A stretch of DNA of 51,159 nt, the filler included, from Jimgerdemannia flammicorona (taxonomy: Eukaryota), in the NCBI GenBank assembly GCA_003990765.1. It is 2 parts of 2 records of this genome, joined end to end, with 100 filler letters (N's around TTAATTAATTAA, not from the genome) between each part and the next. Parts side by side here need not be neighbours in the genome. Positions count along the whole stretch, not along the records: positions 1 to 25,533 come from RBNJ01000822.1; 1 more part is not named here. The stretch is one strand, 5' to 3'. The translations under genes and the position numbers were made by a program. Shown here in pieces: positions 1-12,198 of this stretch. The first letter of the stretch is position 1. Each line of letters begins with the position of its first letter. A model generated the notes under the pieces. It saw only the letters and a program-made list of their open reading frames with translations. It ran no database searches and had not been told where the DNA came from.

Positions 1-252
1 AGCACCAGCCCTTCCCCCAGCCGGCCACCCACTCCCCTTGACCTTGTCTGCAAAGCTCGGGAGCCCAGACTTTCCCCCATTATCGCCAGCCGACCCTTGC
101 CCACCAGCCCTGTCTCCTCCTCCACCATGTCCTCCTGCCAGCAGGCCCCTCATGCTTCCCCCCAAGCCAGGACCTCTCCCCACATTCTGCCATTCAAATG
201 CTCCAGGGCCACCCTGCCCAGTACGCACCTCTGGATGCTCGTTGGTCGCCAT
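1..252 (-). CDS. LINE ORF1-like N-terminus (runs off window start); element 5' end near 320
   Basis: Manual translation from ATG at 252 is open to base 1: MATNEHPEVRTGQGGPGAFEWQNVGRG...GKSGLPSFADKVKGSGW. Gly-rich with an S[YF]A-type motif typical of LINE ORF1 N-termini. Confidence 0.45.
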   Translation of the reverse strand, partial: MATNEHPEVRTGQGGPGAFEWQNVGRGPGLGGSMRGLLAGGHGGGGDRAGGQGSAGDNGGKSGLPSFADKVKGSGWPAGGRAGA

Positions 253-329
253 GAAACTAGTAGCTTTTCTCCAGAAACTGTGTCGAATGTGTTGCTAAAG
301 GGTTGTGTAACCTGAATGTTACCGGAGAA

Positions 330-1940
330 AGATGAACCTTGATATCTACTATCCTTAGTTAGACTTCAAAATAGTGAGCATATGTGGTATAAGGAATTCT
401 GATAGAGGGTAGTGGATGAAACTCACTATATTAGAAACCACTAATAGAGAGATAAAGGAGAGATGCCTTGAGACTCAGTAATATAGAGATAAGATAGAGT
501 ATTATTAGGGGACACCCTCCTGGACTTTGATATTGGAGATAGGGTTAAATATCAGAGGGGATTGGGCCAGGATGTTTAGCCTAATGGCCAATAGATGGCA
601 GATATTGGAGAGGAGTGAGACTGGAATTGGGTCTAGAGTGTAGAGGTGAGAAGATAGTTACCACTTAAGTACTAGGTAGTCTGATGGTATATACTATAGA
701 GGAATGTCATACTCAATTTTTACTCAGGCCATCTTATAGAGGGGAGGAGTTTTGACTGTGAGGAGTGTTATAATGTAGGACAGGAAGGGGAGTTTGTGCA
801 GACATCAGAATATTGGCTGAGAGAGTATAAAATACTTAGTGATTTTTGGTTAATAGTTGGGTTTTGCTTGGGTATTGTATATAGAGAGAATACTGAGAGA
901 GATTGATAGGAGGATCTTAAGAACAGATTGGTGGGAGAGATTGGGAAGGAATAACTTACCTTGTATTGAGAATTAGCTATATGGGTAGGGCTAGCAAGTC
1001 ACTAGTTATTTATTTTTAAGAAAGGAAAATATTTGAGTTTAAGAGAGTAGCTGTTAAGGTGAGAAGAGTTGATGGAGAATATTCTGACAGGCTGGTGGCT
1101 GAGATGGGGCCTGTAGGGTAGTCAGTAGTATCAATTGATAGAAAAAATTTGTAGGCGGAGTATGGAGAGAGTTGGGATAGTGGAGGATAGGGTAGTATTC
1201 AAGTATGAGAGTATAGAAGATAGTGCTTCAAATGAGTCAATCTGGATGGGATTTGGATGGATTTGCATCCCATCTGGATGGATTTGAATCAACCATTGTT
1301 TTGATTTTCAAATTAGACAATTAAATGTTTACATCAATAGCTCGATGAATAATTATCTAAATTTGATGATATTGATGTCATTTGAAAGCCCTTAATAAGG
1401 CCTTTCTAATGATACCAAGAACATTAAAATCAGATTATGTGTTGCTAAGATATTAAGGAAAACATTCTATTTGATGAAATTTCCAAAATCAACAAATTGA
1501 AGAATTTCCAAAATCGGCAAATCAGACATTTTTCTTCATAACTCAGCAATGTATAATCTGATTTCAATGTTCTTGGTATCATTAGATAGGCCTTATTAAA
1601 GACTTTCAAATGACACTAAGATCATCAAATTTGGATGATTATTAATCGAGTTATTGATGTAAACATTTAATTGTCTAATTTGGAAATCAAAACAATGGTT
1701 GATTCAAATCCATCTGGATGGGATTCAAATTTCATCTGAGTTGATTCAGATGGGATTCAATCCGAATCAATCCAAATCCAATCCAGATTAAATTGACTCA
1801 TTAGGAGCACTAATAGAAGGAGATCTCTTTAGAGAGATTGGATAGTAGGTTGGGACTCTGTATGTATAGATAATAGAATGGTAATAAATAGTGAAGTCTA
1901 TGGAACTATATAAAAATAAAAAAATAAAATAAAATAATAA
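330..1940 (+). mobile_element. Degenerate LINE (L1/Tx1-like) 3' portion with poly(A) tail, interrupted by a MITE
   Basis: Reverse-complement homologue of ~25670-26700 (shared gacaggctggtggct, gtcactag, attggatagtaggt). Zinc-finger remnant DCEECYNVGQEG. A-rich tail from ~1912. Confidence 0.8.
1221..1812. mobile_element. hAT-family MITE / foldback element
   Basis: 21-bp TIRs tagtgcttcaaatgagtcaat / attgactcattaggagcacta (19/21 match). 8-bp TSD atagaaga (1213-1220) / atagaagg (1813-1820). Internal ~190-bp inverted arms (~1265-1460 vs ~1530-1725). Confidence 0.92.
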
Positions 1941-2831
1941 TTCTTAATAGCTTTTTATTTAAACAATTTATATACTTTAGTTTGTTACTGTTTTTTATAT
2001 ATAATATATAAGTAAAATTTGGAAAATTTTTATATTATTTATTTTAAATTATTAATATACTAAAGTAAAATATAAAATTCTAATTAATATAAAACAGAGA
2101 TTTATTTATTAAATTTCAGTCTTTAATATTTATTATTAATATATTTAACTTAGTATATTTATACTAATTTTAAGTAGTCTATATATTTGCAATAAAATAT
2201 ATTAAATTATTTTATTAAAATTTAAAAATTATAGTTATTAATATATGAAAAGTTATAAGTAGTTTAGAGAGCAGACAGTTTAAAGATTATAAAGGATTCA
2301 GAAATTGCAGCCACAAGTAGATTAGAGATTGCATATAGTGGATTCATATTTGTATTTATACTTTATATACATTAATTTCTAGTCCAAACATCATTTAAGT
2401 TGACATTTTCACAAGATTGATATTGATAATAGACAAGCAATAATACTTATACAACCAGCTGAAGCACCAGTACATGAGGGCCTTAATTGACTAACAAGCC
2501 TTAATCCGCTAACAAGCCTCAACAAACGACAGTTGTTTTCTACCGAGCTCTAGCCTACCCCCAATTTGGACATCCTATATCGATACACGCTTTATATGTC
2601 ACGCGTTATTTGTGGCTCGTTTGTTTGGCACGTGACTGACGCGTAATGTATACTCTCTCGCAAGCCACGAGGAACGACTTCACGGATTCTACGTGCGAAA
2701 AATTGGGTCATCGTTCATGCGAAACGAAGTCTGAGAGAACAACCGCGAAGAACACAAACACATTTGTTGCTGAATAAAGCCTCCTAGGTGGCAAGTGTAC
2801 CAGAGAGGGGTTCTCTAATTATCGGCAGAGT

Positions 2832-2960
2832 GTGGTAGTCACGCTGCATACGGCGGCGCGTTGGTGCGTCGAGATAATCGGATTCGGCGTAGATGCGAAC
2901 GCGAAGGTTATGGATGGTGGGACGTTGCACTCGATCAGTCAAGCTGCTTCGGGCAGACGG
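2832..2960 (+). pseudogene. Possible ankyrin-repeat fragment
   Basis: TLHTAARWCVEIIGFGVDANAKVMDGGTLHS resembles the ankyrin consensus (LHxAA...GadvNak..GxTxLH) with deletions. No full gene is apparent. Confidence 0.3.
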
Positions 2961-3135
2961 GACTGCCAAAGGCACCCTGTCGTCGAATATACGAACCTTG
3001 TGGAGACAAACGCAACCCTCGGCCCTTCGCAATCTCATTTCGTTCAGGATATTTGTTGAACAATTTATTATCGTATAAAACTAACCAACCGGTAAACATG
3101 GTTAACATATGGTTGCTCCCATGAACTTCCCCTCT

Positions 3136-6100
3136 TCATTCTCCGTCGCACCATTCCAACTTCCCTTCATGTGATACATTTTGCCTCAACTTCTTGACCA
3201 CTACATGTGTATGGTTTCCGTCGAATAAAATGTCGAACACTAATAATTTCTTCACGTGGCTCGGAATCCCGACATCGTATCCATTCGCTTCGACCTTGTC
3301 CAACTCATTCCGGGCTGCTGAATTTGTTGAGTCTTTTCCATGTGCCACTTTGAGATACATCAGGATTGCGAGTTGTGCGGCTGACTTCGGTAAAACGCGG
3401 ATATCGTACCGCCCTGACTCCGCATCTCCATTCAAATGGATATCATACTTATAACGTAGGTGGCTGAGCATGCCGAGGTAGAGACCGTGAAAGAAAGCCT
3501 CAGCCTTTATCCCCGAGTGTTCACTACCCACATCAAGGTCGGACAGGCTTATCACGATCATATCCTCTAAGTACTTGGTCTCACCAGAAAGCAGCTCATC
3601 TAAACGAGAATTTAAACTGGCGCTGCTCAGCATCGGCATGATCCAGTTGACCCATTCCATGTAAACTTTGTCGTTCGGGATGGTGAGTTGCCCTTCGTCA
3701 TTGAGAGTGAGGTATCCAGCGTAGAGAAGCAGTGCCCAAATGTGTCGGTGATCGTTGATGGTGATGCTGTTGTAGTCGGCGTTGTTCTCAGCATTCTTAA
3801 TTGTGAGCAACCGCAATACGTCACTCATGAACGCCGAACCCGCATTGAAAAGGAGGTGCTTGATTGTGGTTTTGTCCCTGTCCAACGTGAAAGATTTCAG
3901 GAGCAAAGTAAATGCAGAAAAGTCAAAATAGTATTTGACGGTTCAAAGGTAAGTGAGTATTTGATCGTCTTCTAATATTTTAAACAAAAGAAACCGACCA
4001 TCAGTGCACACCTACCTGAATCGTATCAGCTCTTTATCTGCACAGAGACAGAGAATCGACCAAGGATTGTATAGTTTGTACCGTTGATGATAATCACCGC
4101 TCTCATAGCCGTTGTGCTGGCATTGCGGATCTGCGATCGGGATGTTGACCTTATGTCGGTCAAAGAGGAGACCAACTTCGTGCTCGGTAAATCCAAACAT
4201 GTCCGCGTACCACGACGTTTCCATGGAGTAGACACTGATATTATTTGGTCCAAGGAAGTCGGATTTGGCTTTGGGGAGGACGCTGACAATGAAGGCCTTG
4301 CTGAGGTTAGAGTTGTCCTGGAGAAAATTTAAGAATGAGCATGGGTTGGGCAACCATGTCGAATGTCATAACGACAATAGGACAAGTGTGTAACTTTCTA
4401 CACACCTTGAGCAATGACGAGAACATATTCTGAAAGAAGTCACGCGCCTCCTTATAATATCCCTTGTTGTAAGCTACCCTTAATGGTGTGTCATAATCAT
4501 CAATCAGAACGATGCAATCGCTTCCGTGGTAATCGGCTAGATATCCCGAGAGATTCGTGAGAGCGAAGCTGAGATCCCAGGAGGCCGACTCCATGTCGAT
4601 GATGCTGTTGAACTCAGGCTTCTCGTAATCCTCGAGGCCCTGGGTCAGGTAGCCGTGCTCACGGTAGATTTCGCTGATAACTTTGCGCATTTGGGTCATC
4701 ATGTCGTTCCAGGTTGTTCCGTTGATATCCTTCAGAAGGGGAAAGACAACAAAAAAGTTAACGTCAAGGGGCAAGGACAACAAGCGTGTTCACCTTCAGG
4801 CCTCTCCGTATGGAGCAATGAACATGACGATCTACCTCCTCTACGTACCTTAAGGGCCAGGAAAATCACCGGATACTTGCCAAACTCCTTGGAGAACAGG
4901 TCCGGCCTTTCTTTCATGACCTCAAACTGATTGAACAGTTCCATCCGGGATCGTTTCTTGCTCTCAGTCTCGCCCTCGATGCACTCGAAGAAGAGTCGAA
5001 GCATCGATAAGTTGGTCGACTTGCCGAAATGGCGTGGACGCAGGACCAGTGATACTTCGCTGTGGCAATCAACGAACTCGGCAATGAGCATCGACTTGTC
5101 CACAAGCGAAACTCTCGCATTGACCATCTGCTGGAAGTCGGAAGATTCAATGAGAACTTTATCGCCTGGTAGAAGAGTAGCGTCGTGGCCATCTGGGAAA
5201 ACTGAGGACGAGATTGAGGCGAGTGAGGCAGGTCGGAGTAGGAGATGTCGCAGACGATAGACAACGCAGGTATAGAATTCAAACTTCGGAGACCCAAAAT
5301 CGCTTATCGAGCAAATCCAAACGAGTGCTTATTATACCTTGCCTAGGTAATCGCTTAGGTTCTCGCCTGGTAAGGGGTGCTACGGTGAGACCAGAAATGA
5401 AATGTTATTTATAGTCAAAAAAGCTATGAAAAGGGAGTGCATATTATTGACTCACATTGGTCACTGAACGTCATGGATATTTCCTGATTAGTCATTTGAC
5501 GCGTCTTATGGGACGAACTATCGTCATTTAATTCTGCAAGAATAGAGTACCCAGATCAGATGTGTGTGCTTAACCCTCAAATAGGTCACGATTATCAACA
5601 GGCTCCCATCCTTAAATGGTGATGTGTTGACTTGGGAACACAACCTTGATCGAATCGAACAAAATAATAAATACCGAAAATTATTCACCTGTTGATATTG
5701 AATACACTCTAAATCCCCCCTCGTCCACATACATCCCTTTTCCAGATGCTTGCTGGTTAGGGCCTATTCATGGCAGGCGAGAAGTGGAATTGTGGTAATC
5801 ATGTTACAGATCCATCGCAGTCCTTCCTGATCACCCCATAAGGAAGGTCTTCCGATAACCACAATATTTCATAAATATATTGCATGCAAAAAGGACTAAG
5901 GATGAATATAGTACCTTGCTCGTCATCTAACGAGCGCCTTAGTTCATTAGACATCTCTTCCTGCCCATTGGATACCTCTTGCAACTGCTCATTCTTCACG
6001 CCTGCAACAACATCAGGTGAAGAGTTGTGTGAGATATTGTTGCACGCGGGCCGCCGCCGACAACGGCCGATAAAAGAAATAAGCTGGGCGCCCCTCCCTC

Positions 6101-7143
6101 AATGCCAACCTCCTCCTGCCATAAAACTCTATATATTTTACCTTCGCATTCAAGCCTTTCCTCTTCGTATTTATTGTCGCCGTCAGATTCGGAGGGGCTA
6201 CGAGACCGTGAGCGATGCCGTCCTGCGCAAACAAGACATTATGAGCTGTAGCGCACGCTGGCCATACGATATATTGTTGTTCAATTTACTATAGTTATTC
6301 AAACTAGAAGTTGCATAGTGTGCTCGCTTACCATTGGTCTTCCGCTTTTTACGTTGATCTTCATCTGCGACCGACGATCTAGGAGACCGGGAGCGACGAT
6401 GTTCTGAACAAGTACAAAAGAGACAGGAATTATTGTATACACAGACGTGGAGGCCGAGGAGAGCCTAAGCATTCATTTACAGAAAGTAACTTCCGACACA
6501 GAACAAGGTCAAAGTTGAGCTCCAAGCGACGGGTGCCGAAATGAAGCAGAGAAACCGCAATCATCCCATATTGCCGCGTGAACCATTCAGATTGAAACCT
6601 AAAGTTTACCAAGCAGAGATACCGTATCTTGCGGTGGTTGCTGTACAGGGCCTGTTAAAGTCAGACGAGAAAACAAACGCTTGGACTGCTAAGTATGGAA
6701 ATCACGGCGCGAAACATGAGAATCTCGCAGAGAACAGGTCCTTGGGTTCATGATAATATACCTTCAAATTGTTCGATCATAGACGATTTCACGCGCGCTT
6801 TCCTTTTACTCTTGTCTGCTGGAGTTGGTATCTCTTGGCTGTTGGTCATTGTCGTTTTGGAAGTGGCCACCTGGATTTTGAATGGCTGAGATTTCTTCTC
6901 GCCTTTGGGAGTGGACGCCACCCTCGCCCGTGGTTTGGAGGCCTGTATCGCTTCGCCTTTAGTTTTGCTCCTTGTATTGTCTGAAACGTTCGAAGTGGAC
7001 TCAACGCTCGCCGGGGGATTGGAGGTCTGGGATAGGTCTTCGCCTCTGGTTTTGGTCCTTAACTTTGTCGTTCGGTGAGTGGACGTGACGTTCCTCCGTG
7101 GTCTTTGTTCGGCTTTTGCTCGACTTCTTGTTTTCGGTGGCAT
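3136..7143 (-). CDS. AAA-ATPase-like (PF09820-type) + PD-(D/E)XK nuclease protein with disordered microexon N-terminus (paralog A)
   Basis: Exons 7143-6762, 6651-6610, 6403-6332, 6222-6142, 6001-5915, 5763-5689, 5533-5456, 5366-5343 (GC donor), 5201-4849, 4729-4406, 4317-4016, 3877-3136 splice in frame. Motifs VDKS, RPRHFGKS (Walker A), LIDDYD (Walker B), YNPWS, GYLT, IPN, EAFFHG, GRYDI...YLK. Confidence 0.85.
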
Positions 7144-7349
7144 CTTGGGATTTGTGGCTTGAAAGATAGACAGACATAAATACGTCACACGTCAAGCAGG
7201 GGTCGGAACGACGTGTCGAGGTTCTAGACCGTCTCGTCCCGAGTCCCTGAGTCCACGTAGTCTGCTTGACAGTTTGGGTGACGTCAAATGGGGCTGGGAA
7301 AACATACAAGTCCCGCAAGCCCCAGACGTATAATCCCGAAAACCTCAAC
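7144..7349. promoter_or_regulatory. Short bidirectional promoter with CRE/ATF palindrome
   Basis: Only 206 bp separate the divergent ATGs (7143 and 7350). TGACGTCA at 7279-7286 and ACGTCA half-sites at ~7182-7194. Confidence 0.55.
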
Positions 7350-10300
7350 ATGTTAGGAAACAAAAACACCTGGACAAACAACCAGACGGCAAATCCCCAG
7401 ACGAGTGTTGCTTCTACCTCTGGAACTACCGCTGGCGAAGAGACCCAAATTTTCGATTCCGAAATCGAAAGCATTCAGATACCCGAGACGTCGAAACTCC
7501 AGGCAAGCGGAAAAGGCACTGGGAAACAACTTAGAGGTAACTTGCTCAAACCGGACCATTTTGCGACATTCTCAGTTTCGGGGGGTGATAAAGAACGCTG
7601 CCGAGACTTCTGAACTCAACAGCTCAAACATTCTGACTTCAGTAGGCCCTGTACGACGAGTACGCGGGCAAGGTAGTCTCAAACGCTAAGGAGGACTTCG
7701 AAGTTTAATCCAAGTGTTTGACGTGGCAGCGTGGGGGTTTGATGGCATGTCTGTTGCCTGTCGTTAATCCGTATGTCCACTGTCTCATATTACTTATTCT
7801 TGCGCAGGACGTAGACGTAGCCAATCTCTCAGCTCGTTAGGCAGGGACGACGATGGAATTAAGGTAAACAAGCGCAAGATACACGGTGAGCGAACACACA
7901 ATATTTTTAGCGACTCATAGTAAATTTAGCAAATGAAATAAATCTTACAGTAGTATGTCTCATATCAACCGACTTTGGCGGTGTACTAATTTTTATTAAT
8001 TACTTCATCCAACTCTCCACCTGCCTGTGCAGACATGATGAATGAGATGTCAAATGAGCGGCGTCTGTTGGATGGCCAACAAGGTAACGTATTTTGACAT
8101 TTGTCCTTTTGGATTTTGGATCGCAATAACTTTGAAAAATATTATTAGAGGTCAAGTAATTGTTACTCATTGTGTGACTAGAAAGAAAAAAGTCACTGAG
8201 GTTTTGGCAACGTTTTTAACCACAATTCATTACACTTTTGTCCTATATGAACAGGTCCTAGCCAGCAACCTTCCGAGGAAGGGATGGATATGGATGAGGC
8301 GGAACCCGTGCAATATCCAATCTCAGCAGGTGAATAATTTTTTTTGTCATGCACTTTTCATTTTGTGGGCTTGCATCATTTGATTTTGTACTTGTTGGGC
8401 AAATAAATTTTGTTCCCGACAGCATGAACGTCAAAATCGTCATTATTTAAGGAAGAGATGCCATCGTGAAGGATAACATCTGTACTTTGGAACATGCTGT
8501 TGGTTAAATTTATTCTGTTCATCTCATTGTTGTAATCAGAAGACGAGGGTCCTTTCAAGAAGGCGCGCCAAATCTATCTGGAAAGTAACGTGAAGTCCAA
8601 CAGCCAGGGTTAGTACATACCACGCGGTTTCGGTACCTTTTTGACCATAGTTAATATTTCCTTTCCATTGTAACCTTAACAGATGAACAAACAATATTAT
8701 CAGGTACGTTGAATCTTATTTGATTTGGTCTGAGAACAGATTTCAGGGGATGCGTCTGTGATTTGGAAGCTTCACGAACGTGCAACATGTTTACTTTTTC
8801 AACGTTCATCTGACACCTGCACCATCTCCTCCTCAGATTCATCCTCACTTGACTCCCCTTTAGTTATTCCAGGCGGTAGTCTCTACATTGGTTCTTCCGA
8901 CTTCGTTAAGCTGGTCAATCAAAAAGTCATGATTGTTGACAAGTCGATGCTCATTGGCGAGTTCGTTGACATAAATCAAGATGTGTCACTAGTCCTGCGT
9001 CCGCGCCGCTTCGGCAAGTCGACCAACCTATCCATGCTTCGGCTCTTCTTCGAGCGCATCGAGGGCGAGACCGAGAACATGAAACAATCCCGCATGGAAC
9101 TGTTCAATCAGTTTAAGATCATGAAGGAGAGGCCGAAATTGTTCACCGAGGAGTTTGGTAAGTATCCGGTGATTTTTCTGACCCTCAAGGTACGTGGAGA
9201 AGATTGGCCATTATATTTCGTCATTTAGATCGCTTCGTGCGAGAAGGCCTGGAAATTGACGGTATAATTGTTCTTACCCCTCTAAAGGAAATCAAGGGGG
9301 AAACTTGGGAAATTATGGAGAAAAATTTGCAGAGACTCATCGGCAACATCTACCGTATGCACCGCTATCTCTTGCCAACTCTCGAGGTAGAAGAGAGGGA
9401 TGAATTCGGCAAAATCATGAAAATAGACAAGAATTTCCCGCACTTTGAAACAGCCCTCCAGAACCTTTCGAAATATCTGCACCGCCACCACGATAGCAAG
9501 TGCGTCGTCCTGGTTGACGAGTACGACGCGCCAATGGAAGTGGCCTACAACTACGGTTATTACAACAAGGCCTTGGAGTTTCTCGGGATGCTGTTCTCGT
9601 CGTTGCTCAAGGTACTTTGGAAATATGATCTGACCCCATCGTCGCGGTCGATTGTCATATATGTGCTCATTCTCGCCTTACGCCAGGACAACTCCCACCT
9701 TCACAAGGCATTGGTCGTCGGCGTCTTCCGCATCGCCAAAACCGGCTTCCTCTCGGGCTTGAACAATCTCTGTGTCAACTCCATGGCAAGCAGACCGTTC
9801 GCGGACAAGTTTGGCTTCGCTAAGGAAGAAGTTGAACTCCTCCTTCATCGGCATGGCGTCAACAGGCCGATCGACATTGTTCGACTCTGGTACAACGGCT
9901 ACCGGAGCGGAAATCGTCATCACCAGTACGCGCTATTCAACCCTTGGTCGGTTATACACCTCTGTCTCAAGGGAGGGCTGGTACCATACTGGAGCGATAC
10001 AGGTGGGTGTGTATCATGGTTTGCTTTCGTTTCGCCCCAAATCTGCAAAAAGGATGGGGACCCGTCTTGATGTGATTCCATTAACGCTTGTCCCATCTTG
10101 GAACTGTAAAAATATCTCTCTTGCTTTTCTACGTACGGTGCCATTCACGTTGAATTAGAGGGCACATCCAGGATCATGAAACTCCTTCCCGGAACAAGCT
10201 CCAAGTTCAAGAACGACGTGTTGCAGTTAATGTGCAAAAATGCTATTGACGTTACTATTGGAGACAACATCATTTATGAGACCCTCACCACGAATAATGA

Positions 10301-11006
10301 CCACTACATCTGGGTGCTGCTTTGCGATGCTGGATATATCACTCGCAATGACGAAGGAAAACTCATCATACCGAACTACGAATGTTGGATGGAATGGGTC
10401 AAGTGGACTATGCCGAGTCTATGTAACACAAAAACCATCAGCACTTTTTTTTGCGAACTACTGATGATCAAAGGTGACACAGGTGACACCAATGAGATCA
10501 AGCACATCGAGAACATCGAGGGAACATTACAGAATGCGATCAAACAATTTTTGGAGTTCCGTGGTAGCATGCATGGGCTCTCGGAGGGCTTCTACCAAGA
10601 TGTCATTGTCAGCTTGCTGTTCCCCTTCGACCAATATAATGTTCATTCCCAACGAGATGAGGAGAAAGGAGATGAGGAGAAAGGAGATGAGGAGAAAGGA
10701 GATGAGGAGAAAGGAGATGAGGAGAAAGGAGATGAGGAGAAAGAAGAGTTCAGTATCTACATTCTTCCGACGGTGCGTGCTGGATTCCCTGCAGACGGAT
10801 GTGCGATGAAGCTCAAGATGGCTGCCGAAAATGAAACGGTGATCGATGCAAGCGATAGAGCGATATATCAGTTCAGTATGGATAATGACGATTCCAAGTT
10901 TCCGGACAACGTAGTAACTGTGTGGTTATATGCGATTGGATTCAAAGGGGAAGAGGTGCATGTGAGAATGTGGAAAAAAACGCGGAAAGAGGGCGAGGCA
11001 AGCTAA
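7350..11006 (+). CDS. AAA-ATPase-like + degenerate PD-(D/E)XK protein with microexon N-terminus (paralog B)
   Basis: Exons 7350-7536, 7646-7672, 7808-7885, 8033-8083, 8255-8329, 8540-8608, 8683-8703, 8837-9189, 9288-9611, 9687-10002, 10159-11006 splice in frame. Motifs RPRRFGKST, LVDEYD, GVFRIAK..LSGLNN, WYNGY, FNPWS, IPN, SEGFYQ. The first two ATPase introns lie at the same positions as in paralog A. Confidence 0.87.
10654..10743 (+). repeat. Perfect 15-bp coding tandem repeat x6, (DEEKG)n
   Basis: (gagatgaggagaaag)6, in frame within paralog B. Confidence 0.97.
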
Positions 11007-12198
11007 ATGAAGGATGAACCCATCTTGGTGGGTTTAAACGTATCGATGCATAATGACATTCATTTGTATCATTATTGGCTTTTGATGGACAGCTTCAAAC
11101 TTCGCCATCTTTGATTTCATTAGTTACTTCGTGATTAATTATCGATTTCCGGCCAACACATTGTATTATTTACTGAGGCCTTGCTATTTATGTGGAGGAT
11201 ATAATAAACTGTTGTTCACCTATCTGATTTTCGACTCATTAGTTTAGCAATTTGCATAACTTTAGCGATCTAATCTCTTTTCGGTGGTTAAAACAGCGTC
11301 GGTGCATTCCTTTCTACATATCCGCCAGTTCTACCATCGTCGTCCCAAAAGTCAAATATAGAGTTATTCTCAGAACCAATGCTATCAAACGTTGGACGCA
11401 CTTCCTAACGCACCCCACCTAAAATATGACGTATCCAGTTGGAGTACTGCCCTCCGCCATTCTCCATACGGCACTGGGAGAATGTCGACATGGGCAGATT
11501 TTCTCCTGGCGGATCAAAAAAAAAAAAGGTATACTTTACAGGAGAACAACTTCAAACCAGATCGGCGAAAATGACATCGTCGATTCTAGAGTCAAAGGCT
11601 AAATTGGGTAACTCGTTATCTAGTAATTTGTGGCTTATGTGGCTTGCGTATACGTCATCAATTACGTCACTGGCGTTATCAATATAGTACCAGTACCATC
11701 TACAATATTTTACAATATGTATATCTATTGTTCTGTCCAGTATCTTATATAGTCTTCAGTTCACATATAATGTTTTATTTTGAATTTCTATGACTGTAAA
11801 GCTCTAGATATTTCAAATAAGTTGTTTTTCTTTTTCTTTTTCTCTATAATATATAATATTATTTTTTAGATAATATACTAAATATAAATTTTTTATAAAT
11901 TTATATAATAATAATAACAATAAATTCTTTTATTTATTTTATTATTTATTATTTTATTATAGTAAAATAAAATTAAATATAATATTATTAACTTTATAAT
12001 TAAAATTAAAACTTATTAAAAACTTTAATATTAAGTTATTTTAAACTATTACTAAAGTAAAACCCTTTTTATTTAAAATTAAAAAGTTATATTAGTAACA
12101 TAATGATTTTAAATATTACAATTAGATAATATTATATTTTATATATTATAATTAGATAATATTATATTTTATATATTTTTTTTCTAACTTTTATTTAT

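Noticed and set aside
38..315. Pro-rich plus-strand ORFs at the window start
   Set aside because: Antisense to the Gly-rich LINE ORF1-like frame.
4012..4016. Apparent premature stop (LIRFR*) making paralog A a pseudogene
   Set aside because: The TAG lies in a GT-AG intron (4015-3878) whose removal restores the frame (LIRFRDKTTIK).
5799..7188. Separate low-complexity gene between the two ATPase genes
   Set aside because: Its exons splice in phase into paralog A and have homologues upstream of paralog B.
3136..11006. Bacterial contamination as the source of the ATPase-nuclease genes
   Set aside because: Both genes have 10-11 spliceosomal introns with conserved positions.
11440..11530. Possible structured ncRNA (tccgcca...tggcgga, attctcc...ggagaat, followed by an A-run)
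   Set aside because: Stems are short and I recognise no RNA family motif; needs an Infernal search.
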